DNA of 44,162 nucleotides from Spirochaetales bacterium (GTDB lineage: Bacteria > Spirochaetota > Spirochaetia > DSM-27196 > SLST01). Shown here one piece after another: positions 1 to 8,795 of this stretch. The notes beneath the pieces were generated by a model that saw only the letters and a program-made list of their open reading frames with translations, did not search any database and had not been told where the DNA came from. Every line of letters begins with the position of its first letter. Within the stretch, counting starts at the first letter, position 1. Both the position numbers and the translations under genes were made by a program. The stretch lies in NCBI GenBank assembly GCA_007130265.1, contig SLST01000114.1:1-44162 (forward strand), given 5' to 3'.

Positions 1-501
1 ACACAGCACGTTGGTTTCCGCGTGAACGAAGGCCTCGATCCGTACACGCTTGAACGATACCTCGTATTCCACCGTTACCGTGGCGTCCGAGAGCGACAGC
101 CGCTGTATCTGGTCGTAGAGCGAGCCGGCAAGCGGGAGAAACGCCTCATCGAGGCCGATCGACACATTCCCGCAGAGCTTGGGACACGGGTAGGGTGCAT
201 CGTATGCGGGCTCAGAGGCGAGCGCCCTGCGCGCGCTTTCCGGATCCGCGGCCAGGAGCTCCTTGAACCGATCGAACGCCAGGAGCTCGGCCTGTTGTGT
301 TCGTCTATCCCAGACGTCGAGCTTCGTGATGCCGAGCTCGATACGGTCAGGGCCTTCCGGTTGCCATACCATCGCGCCGAGATGGCCATTGCCAATAGGA
401 AACCCGTCCTCCCAGACTCTCGGCGGGATCTCGTAGACCAGGTCATGCTGCTGGACCATGCGCACCGCGCTCGTCTCAGAGCTACGGCTGTCTTCGGTCA
501 T
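1..501 (-). CDS. GH95-like (alpha-L-fucosidase-related) glycoside hydrolase, N-terminal part; runs off window start
   Basis: Not in the ORF track. Minus frame from ATG at 501 (TGATG overlap with the upstream stop) reads MTEDSRSSETSAVRMVQQHDLVYEIPPRVWEDGFPIGNGHLGAMVW..., the W-x2-GxPIGNGxLGAMV motif of GH95 N-termini. Confidence 0.8.
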   Translation of the reverse strand, partial: MTEDSRSSETSAVRMVQQHDLVYEIPPRVWEDGFPIGNGHLGAMVWQPEGPDRIELGITKLDVWDRRTQQAELLAFDRFKELLAADPESARRALASEPAYDAPYPCPKLCGNVSIGLDEAFLPLAGSLYDQIQRLSLSDATVTVEYEVSFKRVRIEAFVHAETNVLC

Positions 502-3128
502 CACGGGTTTTGCTCGCGCGAGGTGGCGGACGACGGTCTTGGCGACACGGTGTAGACACTGCCCTGCCGGGTGTCGAAGCGAAGCCGCTCGCCCTCCAGG
601 TCCCACACGCCGTCGTCCGACCGCACCTTCACCGGGACGCTCCAGGGGTTCGCCATCAGGCATTCCCCGCCAAGGGTGGAAGTGATCACCACTGGCGCAA
701 TCTCTCCGTTCTCCACCCTTGCCCGGACCCTGAACCCGTCTCTGGCGTAGAGCTCGAACTCCGCGTTGTGCTCCAGGTTCCAGGCCGGGAAGAGCCGGAT
801 AACGCCCCTGCGACCCGGAGCGCCACCGGAACACTGGAGGAGCCCCATCTGGAGTCCGGCCGCCGCGTTTCCGAGCCGTTGGGCGCTCATTGCGTTGATG
901 CCCTCCCGCGCCGTCAGGCGGTTCCAGTAGGGCGCTTTGCTCCCGTTCTCCTCGTAGTAGCAGTGCTCGTTCGGTGCGTCGACGCACCGCAGCTGCCCCA
1001 GGATGTTACGGACGAGCATGGAACCGTTGCCCATCCCCGCGAGCAGCCGCGGCCAGTACGACATCTCCATCGTGTACATCGCGTCATCGGGGTCGTGGAG
1101 GCTCAGCGTATAGTCCACCGTGTCGCGGCCGACCCGGTAGAGATCGGGGTCGACTTCCTTCGTCTGCATCGTACACATGTCCATGTAAACGCACGGCCAC
1201 ACGGCCGTGCGGCTGACCATGTGCGGGTACCCGTCTCCAAGCGCGGGTATCCAGATCTCCCTGGCATCGTCCTTCGGCGTCACGTCTGCGGCGTCCGGAT
1301 GCCTGTTCGTCGGCAGATCGGCCAGGTTCCTGTGAAGCTCCTCCCAGATCGGGATCAGCTCCTGATCCTTACCCAGCAGTCCAGCTACCTGGATCGCAAC
1401 CGGGTAGATACCCTTCATCGCGGTGAGCGACCCTGCCGAGTCGAAGGCGCCCCAGTACTCTTCGCCGTCAGTGGTGCCATGTATGTGATAGATGCCGTCC
1501 TGGTCCTTCCTGGTTCCCGGATAGGTTCTGAAGAACTCGGCAACCCCTCGAATCATCGGATACGCTGTCCGTTCCAGGAACTCCAGATCGCGTGTGTAGC
1601 AGTAGTAGAGGTAGTACTGGTAGGCGAAAAAGCCCATGCTGCAGAAGAAATGGGTGACATGCGCGAATCTGGGGAAATGGGGCGCCAGGTCGTAGTTGCA
1701 CCGGAACTGCCACCTCGATTCGAACAGGTGCCGACTGAGTGCCATCTCCCGCAGCTGCTCTGAGCACTTGCTGAAGACGTCGGGACCCCTCCCCAACAGG
1801 AAATCGCGGAGCTCCGCGGCGATGGCCTCCGGTAGTTTCTCCGGGCCGAGGACGTGAGTCGTCTCACCAATGAAGATGCCATCTGCCCCGAACTGCTGCC
1901 GCGCCGCTTCGGCGAATGCGGCCCGCGCGTTGGAGTACATCATCAGAAAGGGGTCCATCAGTTCGCGTCGCCCTGACGGCAGCACCGCATTGTACATGAG
2001 GTTGAGATTGCTCCACCACTGCATGTTACCCCAATGACGAAGGTCACCGCGCGTGCTGAACAGCAAACCGCCGAAGTTGGGGGCGAAGTCGCTGCCGCGC
2101 GAGCACGAGGCCATGATGTAGAAGTAGTACGTGTAGTGCTGCTCTATCTCGTCCGCGCCATCGAACCCCCAGAGCCGTACGTAGGAATCTCGCCAGAAAC
2201 GATGCCACCACGCGATGTGTTCACCATGCAGCGCTCCATAGCCAGATTCGGCGGCACTCTGAGCCTCACGAGCTGCGAGCGCGACGACGTCTACGTCACG
2301 ATCGAACGTCGCGGCACTCGCCACGGAGACCACGAACTCCCCCGTGCCCGGTGCGAGGCAGAGTCGCATCTCAGTCTCTGACTCCGCGCCGAAGCCCACC
2401 ATCTGAAAGTCCGAGCGAACTGCGTTGTCGCGCCGGTGGGCGTCCCTTCGGATACCGTTGACGTCGCCCTGGAACCGTCGGTTCGGGAGCACCGGCGAAC
2501 GACCATTGTTCTCGCTGTTGATGCGTGATACACCGTGCCGCCCGGCGACGGCGAGCGCCACTGCGGACGCGCAGAAGTAGTCGTCCTCCATGAACACCTG
2601 GCGCAGGACAATCACGTCGCCGACACGGTGGAATGAGGAGACTGAGACGTGGTTGAGGTGGAGCACCTCCGGGTACCGCAGCATCTTCAGCTTCAGGCTG
2701 ATGCCGGTTGGTTCCTGCCTGCCATCCCGAATCCGGAACATAAACGCATCCCGTTGGGCTGCCGCGAATCCGTCGATCTCGACTCCTCTCGACCGGATAC
2801 CCGCGCGCGCGTCGTAGACGTCGAGATGCCAACGCATGCTCTCATCGAAGACATCGGGGCCGTAGTCCACGAAGTCGAAATCGACGAACGCACACGCATA
2901 ACCGTAGCCGCTGTGGAGCGTGTTGAACGAGGAGGTCGCTGGCCCGTTCGCGATTACGTCGGTTCGGTTCACCTGCATCTTCAGTGCGGAGGGCGAGGTC
3001 CACAGCAGCGTCCCCATCCTTCCGTTGCCGATCGGCAACCCGTCCTCGCTCCGTGGTACGGTTCCTTCGTATTCCAGGTCAGCATGGCGTACAAGCTCCG
3101 CAAGCCAGGAGTCATCGCGGTTGGTCAT
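501..3128 (-). CDS. GH95-like glycoside hydrolase (875 aa), no signal peptide
   Basis: DGLPIGNGRMGTLLW N-terminal motif; GH95-like C-terminus (IRLFPAW...FELYARDGFRV); ATG at 3128 with GAGGAGG SD. Confidence 0.8.
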   Translation of the reverse strand: MTNRDDSWLAELVRHADLEYEGTVPRSEDGLPIGNGRMGTLLWTSPSALKMQVNRTDVIANGPATSSFNTLHSGYGYACAFVDFDFVDYGPDVFDESMRWHLDVYDARAGIRSRGVEIDGFAAAQRDAFMFRIRDGRQEPTGISLKLKMLRYPEVLHLNHVSVSSFHRVGDVIVLRQVFMEDDYFCASAVALAVAGRHGVSRINSENNGRSPVLPNRRFQGDVNGIRRDAHRRDNAVRSDFQMVGFGAESETEMRLCLAPGTGEFVVSVASAATFDRDVDVVALAAREAQSAAESGYGALHGEHIAWWHRFWRDSYVRLWGFDGADEIEQHYTYYFYIMASCSRGSDFAPNFGGLLFSTRGDLRHWGNMQWWSNLNLMYNAVLPSGRRELMDPFLMMYSNARAAFAEAARQQFGADGIFIGETTHVLGPEKLPEAIAAELRDFLLGRGPDVFSKCSEQLREMALSRHLFESRWQFRCNYDLAPHFPRFAHVTHFFCSMGFFAYQYYLYYCYTRDLEFLERTAYPMIRGVAEFFRTYPGTRKDQDGIYHIHGTTDGEEYWGAFDSAGSLTAMKGIYPVAIQVAGLLGKDQELIPIWEELHRNLADLPTNRHPDAADVTPKDDAREIWIPALGDGYPHMVSRTAVWPCVYMDMCTMQTKEVDPDLYRVGRDTVDYTLSLHDPDDAMYTMEMSYWPRLLAGMGNGSMLVRNILGQLRCVDAPNEHCYYEENGSKAPYWNRLTAREGINAMSAQRLGNAAAGLQMGLLQCSGGAPGRRGVIRLFPAWNLEHNAEFELYARDGFRVRARVENGEIAPVVITSTLGGECLMANPWSVPVKVRSDDGVWDLEGERLRFDTRQGSVYTVSPRPSSATSREQNP

Positions 3129-4728
3129 GGTCTGGTTCCTCCTCGATCGTCCATGTGTCGTCCTGGGAGAGTCCCGAAAGAGTCCCCGGGACGATCGCGC
3201 GCGCGCAGTCCGGGCCGATGTCATAACGCATGGACAGGCCGTTCCGGATCGCTGTCACCGCGAAGTCTGCTCCTGTTGGCCGCCGCTCGTCGCGCTCGAA
3301 TCGCCACGTCCCGGTTGCGTCGCCCGCCGGCACAACCTCCACGGCCGTTACCAGTCGGTGCGCCGTCGCGGCGGGCGCGACCATCCGCAGCAGGTTGGTC
3401 GGCCGGTAGTGGTCGTCAATCCCCTCAACGGCGATGACGGTCTGCACGGGCTCCCAGTTGAGCGGCACGATCCGGAGGTACGCCTTTGTGCCCTCGACCC
3501 ACACTACGCCGTCCTGGTCGCGCATGGCGAAGCGCGAATTGAGGCGGAAGCTCATCGCCCACTCATGCGCCATCTCGATCTCGTCGTCGATCAAGTAGAG
3601 ATCGGCTGACGGGGAACAGACCCGGCGCCGGTTGAGGGTGAACAGGCCTTTGTCCCAGGCGTTCGTGTTGTTGCTCGCCAGCAGGGTGACTCCGTCCTTT
3701 TCCAGGGCCGACGTCAGCACGGCTCCGGCGGCGTGCCCGGGCTGGTGGACCAGGAACCCGTCCGGGTGCTCGGGGTAGAGCAGGTTGTGCCGCGCCGCCG
3801 TCCCGATCAGCCTCGTCTCCGGGTGGTCGTAGTTCGTCACGCCCCGGTCGCAGGCGAGCGTCTCGCCCTCCACCTCGACGATGAACGAGCCTTTGTCCGC
3901 GTGGAAGTGGCCCCCGTACGTCGGTCCGCCGCAGAGGTGGAAGAGAACGTGTCCCAGCCGCTCGTCGTGTCGCACCGTGCTTACCTGTCCCACGTCCGGC
4001 AGGACGTCGAAGCGGGGTCTGACGATCGAGGTCGCGGTGCTGACGACCGGCGGCGCGACGATGAGGTGGAAGATATCTGCGCTGAGCTCTCCGGTCTCGC
4101 GGAGCGCCGCGTAGAGCTCGTTCCACTCCGCCCGGTCCGAGAGCCGGCTGTACGCCGCCGCGAGCCCGGCCGGGATGGGAGTATCGTTATGTGCGTCGTT
4201 GATCCCCAGGTACGTCACGCCGCCGCCGGCCGTCGATCGCATCGCCAGCGCGTAGTCGCCGGTGCGGATCAGGTCCGGGCTCGCGTACTCACCAAGCGTC
4301 TTCCCGTGGTGCCGGGCGAGGGCGTGCACGAGCGGCATCACGGTGCCGAAGGTATAGCACCAGTAGGCCATCCCCTCAAGCGTGCCGCCGTCCGGGTGCA
4401 CGTAGTTGCCGATCATCTCGTGCAGGTCGCGTTCGGCCTCCTCAATGAGACCGCGATAGCGAGGGTGCGTCGGGAGCACTCCCAACAGCCCGAAGATGCG
4501 CCCGGAGCTGAAGACGATGCCCTGGTTCATGTGACGGATGTACTCCATCCGCTTGAAGTCCGACTCGATCCGCGGGAGCCCCTTCATCACGATCGCGTCG
4601 CGGATGATCTGTTTGCCATGGCCGGTGAGGAAGCCGCCTGCCCAGTCGAGAACCACGGCGCAGCCGCGGCAGTATATCTCCTCCGTGAACGACCGGTGAT
4701 GCCACGTTGCTCCCGGGAAAACGCCCAT
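3112..4728 (-). CDS. Heparinase II/III-like protein, C-terminal segment
   Basis: GHFHADKGSF...GETLACDRGVTNY...TAARHNLL and DGGTLEGMAYW motifs typical of Hepar_II_III proteins. Confidence 0.6.
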   Translation of the reverse strand: MGVFPGATWHHRSFTEEIYCRGCAVVLDWAGGFLTGHGKQIIRDAIVMKGLPRIESDFKRMEYIRHMNQGIVFSSGRIFGLLGVLPTHPRYRGLIEEAERDLHEMIGNYVHPDGGTLEGMAYWCYTFGTVMPLVHALARHHGKTLGEYASPDLIRTGDYALAMRSTAGGGVTYLGINDAHNDTPIPAGLAAAYSRLSDRAEWNELYAALRETGELSADIFHLIVAPPVVSTATSIVRPRFDVLPDVGQVSTVRHDERLGHVLFHLCGGPTYGGHFHADKGSFIVEVEGETLACDRGVTNYDHPETRLIGTAARHNLLYPEHPDGFLVHQPGHAAGAVLTSALEKDGVTLLASNNTNAWDKGLFTLNRRRVCSPSADLYLIDDEIEMAHEWAMSFRLNSRFAMRDQDGVVWVEGTKAYLRIVPLNWEPVQTVIAVEGIDDHYRPTNLLRMVAPAATAHRLVTAVEVVPAGDATGTWRFERDERRPTGADFAVTAIRNGLSMRYDIGPDCARAIVPGTLSGLSQDDTWTIEEEPDHDQPR

Positions 4729-4737
4729 GATGCTCTC

Positions 4738-5613
4738 TCACCATGTGTCGCAGTGCGCCGCGGAGAGCGCCATCCGCGCGGCCATGCGGCTCATCGCCGG
4801 GTTGGCGTCGACGAGCCCCACGAAGGCGAGGAACTCCATATCCGCGGCGGTGGACGTACGCTTCATGTCGCGGTTCCTGCACCAGCGTCGGTCCGGCTTC
4901 GGCACGAAGTAACCGATGTCGGCCTCCGGGGTCGAATCGAGCAGGCGTTCCGCCGCCTCACGCAGGCCTGCGAAGACCTGCGCCATTGGGCCGCCGGCGA
5001 TCTTCGCGCGCAGCTCCGCGAGGTCCTGATCGTCGAAGGTGATGCCGATCTCAGGTCCCGCGTCGCGCGGCTCCGTCTCGAGCGAACCGTGCCAGTCCGG
5101 CGTGTAGGGGCTCGTGCGCGCCTCCATCCGGTCCTGCGCCTGACGGTTCGAGAGACCGAGCCACATCAGGCTCACCCCCGCGGGTCTCGGCTCGGTCACT
5201 GCGAATGTCAGCCGGAGCCTCGACATGCGCGATCCCTTGAACCGTCCGTCGAACTCGTCGTTCGTGTCCGGCCCCGTGGTATCGATCAATAGGCAGTCCC
5301 CGCCGTCCACGACCGCGCTCACGGTCATGCGAACCCAGCTCGGAAGCGAACCGAAGACCCGGAAGACGTCGTAGTCCGCGACCGAGAGGTCACAGTCCCG
5401 CTCCATTGTCACGACCGGCTCGCCCGGCTCCGCACGGTCGATTCTGACTTCAGCCGCGCACCAGCCCTGCGTTACCTTGGCGCGCGCCGCGCTGCTGACC
5501 GCCACCGTGTAGCGATCGACGAGCGACAGCTTGTTCCCGGGATGCTCGCTCGACCCGCCGTCCCAGAACGGCTCGATGATCGCCTCCGCCTCATTGATGG
5601 GCGCGATTCGCAT
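4738..5613 (-). CDS. N-terminal segment of the heparinase II/III-like protein
   Basis: 291-aa ORF with coding-like codon usage, ATG at 5613 after a GGGGG SD-like run; in frame with 3112..4728. Confidence 0.5.
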   Translation of the reverse strand: MRIAPINEAEAIIEPFWDGGSSEHPGNKLSLVDRYTVAVSSAARAKVTQGWCAAEVRIDRAEPGEPVVTMERDCDLSVADYDVFRVFGSLPSWVRMTVSAVVDGGDCLLIDTTGPDTNDEFDGRFKGSRMSRLRLTFAVTEPRPAGVSLMWLGLSNRQAQDRMEARTSPYTPDWHGSLETEPRDAGPEIGITFDDQDLAELRAKIAGGPMAQVFAGLREAAERLLDSTPEADIGYFVPKPDRRWCRNRDMKRTSTAADMEFLAFVGLVDANPAMSRMAARMALSAAHCDTW

Positions 5614-5636
5614 GGATGATCCCCCGTCTCCCCGGC

Positions 5637-5645
5637 ATTCTACCA
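5637..5645 (-). promoter_or_regulatory. Candidate extended -10 promoter (TGgTAGAAT) for the leftward operon
   Basis: TGn-TAGAAT about 25 nt upstream of ATG 5613; no good -35. Confidence 0.35.
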
Positions 5646-5959
5646 GAGTGGCCGGGGCGATGCATCACCGCGGATAGAGCAGGCCTCCTGTCTATTGGTT
5701 GTTCGGTGTCTTCCTATGGGCCGGACCTGCGCCCTCGCTGCCCGATCATCGGCTCTACGGTCATGTGCCCATTGCCCCTCACCCCCGACGCAGCTATGCG
5801 TACCGGGTACCGCCAAGGTCACGATGTCTGTCGCTTTGCCGGGCGCTCGAGAGCCCGTCCGTACCGCGAAACCGGTGCGATCGAGCTGTGCGCACAACCG
5901 CCCGTTGATGGGCACGTCAGAAACAGTATACCGTAGCTGAACCAAAGGAGTTCGCAGGC

Positions 5960-8758
5960 ATGGCCCCAATCGATCCTCTGAAGCCGGTTCGACTTCGCTG
6001 CGAGTACCTGGAAGACCCCCTCGGGATCGATGCTCTGCAGCCCAGGCTTAGTTGGGCACTCGCAGGCGGTGGTCCCGGAGCCCGCCAGAAGGCGTACCGC
6101 ATCACCGTAGCGAGCGACCGTGAGCGGCTGTCCGCCGGCGACGCCGACCTGTGGGACACCGGCCGTGTCGATTCGGACGAGACAGTGCACATTCGCTACG
6201 ATGGAACGCCTCTCCACAGCGCGCAGCGATGCTGGTGGCGAGTTGATCTGTGGGCCAACGACGACCGGCCGGGTGCGCCATCTGACCCCGCCTGGTGGGA
6301 GACAGGCCTGATGCGACCGTCCGAGTGGATCGCTCGCTGGCTAACCGCGGATTCGCCGACGCCGCTCCTGCGCAGGAGGTTCCGTCTCGAGCGCCCCATC
6401 CGTTCGGCACGACTCTACATCTGTGGGCTTGGGGCATACGAGTGCTTCATCAACGGAAAGCAGATCGGTCACCCGCCCATGGCTCCGCTGCTCAGCTACT
6501 ATCCGCGCTGCGTCTATTACGATGCGATCGACGTTACGCATCTGCTCAGACCGGGTGAGAACGTCGCGGGTGTGTGGCTCGCCCCCGCATGGTTCGGCGA
6601 TCCGGAGATGGCTGCGGACATGGGGACCGGCAGTGCAGCGTGGCGACGTGATGGCGCTTCGTCGCCGGCCCCGCCTGAGATACGCACCGCCCTGCTTGCC
6701 CAGCTGCTGGTTCACTCTACGGACGGCACGAGCTGCGTTCTTGCCACTGACGAGCACTGGCGCACCAGCCATTCGGGCCTCCGGCCGGTTGCCTCCTACC
6801 GGCACTACTGTTTCGGGTTCGGCGGCGAGGTCTTCGACGCAGCTCGCCAGCCACACGGGTGGACCCACCCGGACTATGACGACGCCGCGTGGCGGCCCTC
6901 ACGCGTTATCGCCCCGCTGTCGGTATCTGTGCGCGCACGGCCGATGCAGCCAAACGCCGTGCTCGAGCGAGTGGAGCCGGTTCGCAGCGCCGAACTTCCT
7001 GTCCTGGGTCCGGACGGGGTCCGGGCCGCCTCGTGTGATGCCGCAGTACGCAACTGGGGTACCTCCGCCACCGTGCCGTTTCTTCGAGAGCGGCTCGAGT
7101 CCACCGTACGTCAGGCGGCTGACCTGCCTGAGGTTCCGCTTCGCCGGGCGGTTGAGCTGGACTTTGGACGCCACGTCAGCGGGTGGGTGGAAGTGGAGGT
7201 CAGTGGCGCAGCCGGCGACTGGGTGAGCCTGTTCGGCCTCGACTGGTACCGGTTGCGCGGCGAACCCGGAGAGACCGTGCGGCTGCACTTCATGCACCGT
7301 GCCTTCCGCTACGTTACGCTCTTTCTGTACGGCGCCTCCGGCGCGCCGGTCGTGGAGTCGGTATCGGCCGCTGCAGTTCAGAATGCGATTCCCGTCAGCG
7401 GCCGCTTCGTCTGCTCAGATCCGGAGCTGAACCGTATCCACGACGCGGCGTTCAGGACCTGGTCGTCGCTACTTCTTGGCGGCATGCCCATGGACTCGTG
7501 GCAGGAGCGTTTCGGAACAGCGTTGCCGCAGAATTTCGAGCCGGCCGTCCTCTGGTTGGAGAGCGGCGCTTTCTATACCAAGTGGCTTCGTGATCTTCTC
7601 GACGCGCGAAGGCCGGACGGCTATATCTCCACGAGCGGCGGACCGGTCGCGATGGACTATTGGAGCAGCCCGGCCGGGCAGTGCACTCCCGTCATGGTAC
7701 CGTGGCTCATGTGGCGTTACTACGCGGATCAGGATGTGATTCGCTGGATGTACCCGGCTATGCGTGACTGGCTCGCCTTTGCGGCGCCTCCGGAGCACGA
7801 GCTGGATGCCACCTGGAAACCGCCGGCGGACCACGGCCAAGCCGAAGTTTGTGTGGGTGACCATGGACGGTTCACCGCGCGCTGGTACGATGACCGCGGA
7901 GGCGACCTGATCGACACGCTGTTCATCATCCGTCTCCACCAGATTGCCGCCGAGCTTGCCGGGGTGATCGGGGAGGATGTCGACGTTCAGCGCTACCAGG
8001 CCATCATCGAGCGACTCACCCGGAAGGTCAACCGGCCAGAGTTCCTCAACGCCAGCACGGGACTCTATCTGGACGGTGACCAGGGATGTCATGCCGTCGC
8101 GCTCGCCTGTGACGTCGTTCCCGCGGAATCACGTCATGCCGCGTCCGATGCATTGTTCCACGATATCCTGACTACCCGCAGCGGGCACCTCAACACGGGT
8201 TTCTACGGCACCTCGTTTCTGTTCGAAGTCCTTGATAAGCTCGACCGGCCTGACATCGCGCACCGGATCATCACCGCTCCTGATGCGCCGAGCTGGGCGA
8301 GCATGCTGCGCCACCCCGCAACACCCGAGCCGCTGACGGTGCTGCCTGAGTTCTTCACCGGCGGCATGATTCCGCATCCGGGCTGGTGCAGCGTGGGGAA
8401 GTGGTTCTATCAATCGTTGGGAGGGATCCACCCGGATCCATCCGCACCGGGCTTCCGGCGGGTCCTCATTCGCCCCCGGATCCCGCCTGGTCTGGCATGG
8501 GTACAGGTTGAGTACGATTCGATCCGTGGCCGCATCTGTGTGCACTGGTCACAGGTGGACGGCGTGGTCGATCTGACCGTTACCGTGCCGCCGAACGTCA
8601 CGGCGCTTGTTGAGGTTCCCGGATCACCGGTGGGCGCGGCGTCAACGGCTCGAGACGGTTGTCCGGAATATGCGGATTCGGGTAGTTGTTCATACGAGGT
8701 GGGGGCCGGTCGCCACTCATGGAGACTGGATCTGCTATCCCGCGGGGACGAGCGATAG
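5960..8758 (+). CDS. GH78-like (alpha-L-rhamnosidase family) glycoside hydrolase
   Basis: LRCEYLEDPLGID..PRLSW, LWDTGRVDS, ARLYICGLGAYECFING, YDSIRGRI, VPPNVTA..EVGAG motifs; AAAGGAG SD. Confidence 0.88.
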   Translation: MAPIDPLKPVRLRCEYLEDPLGIDALQPRLSWALAGGGPGARQKAYRITVASDRERLSAGDADLWDTGRVDSDETVHIRYDGTPLHSAQRCWWRVDLWANDDRPGAPSDPAWWETGLMRPSEWIARWLTADSPTPLLRRRFRLERPIRSARLYICGLGAYECFINGKQIGHPPMAPLLSYYPRCVYYDAIDVTHLLRPGENVAGVWLAPAWFGDPEMAADMGTGSAAWRRDGASSPAPPEIRTALLAQLLVHSTDGTSCVLATDEHWRTSHSGLRPVASYRHYCFGFGGEVFDAARQPHGWTHPDYDDAAWRPSRVIAPLSVSVRARPMQPNAVLERVEPVRSAELPVLGPDGVRAASCDAAVRNWGTSATVPFLRERLESTVRQAADLPEVPLRRAVELDFGRHVSGWVEVEVSGAAGDWVSLFGLDWYRLRGEPGETVRLHFMHRAFRYVTLFLYGASGAPVVESVSAAAVQNAIPVSGRFVCSDPELNRIHDAAFRTWSSLLLGGMPMDSWQERFGTALPQNFEPAVLWLESGAFYTKWLRDLLDARRPDGYISTSGGPVAMDYWSSPAGQCTPVMVPWLMWRYYADQDVIRWMYPAMRDWLAFAAPPEHELDATWKPPADHGQAEVCVGDHGRFTARWYDDRGGDLIDTLFIIRLHQIAAELAGVIGEDVDVQRYQAIIERLTRKVNRPEFLNASTGLYLDGDQGCHAVALACDVVPAESRHAASDALFHDILTTRSGHLNTGFYGTSFLFEVLDKLDRPDIAHRIITAPDAPSWASMLRHPATPEPLTVLPEFFTGGMIPHPGWCSVGKWFYQSLGGIHPDPSAPGFRRVLIRPRIPPGLAWVQVEYDSIRGRICVHWSQVDGVVDLTVTVPPNVTALVEVPGSPVGAASTARDGCPEYADSGSCSYEVGAGRHSWRLDLLSRGDER

Positions 8759-8795
8759 ACGTGCCGCGAATGTGTGCGGCAAAGGAGACGGTGTC

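Larger units (their letters stand above)
3112..5613 (-). pseudogene. Heparinase II/III-like (polysaccharide lyase-related) gene interrupted by one in-frame TGA at 4738-4740
   Basis: ORFs 4738..5613 and 3112..4728 share a frame (...GAC ACA TGG TGA GAG AGC ATC ATG GGC...); the joined frame is ~830 codons. Confidence 0.6.

Noticed and set aside
510-5292. Long plus-strand ORFs (510..1763, 3733..5292) and similar long antisense ORFs elsewhere
   Set aside because: Shadows of GC3-biased genes on the opposite strand; Arg/Pro/Val-rich with no motifs
5887-5896. TGTGCGCACA palindrome upstream of the GH78 gene as an operator
   Set aside because: Only 10 bp in GC-rich DNA and does not match the 19058 palindrome; cannot be supported
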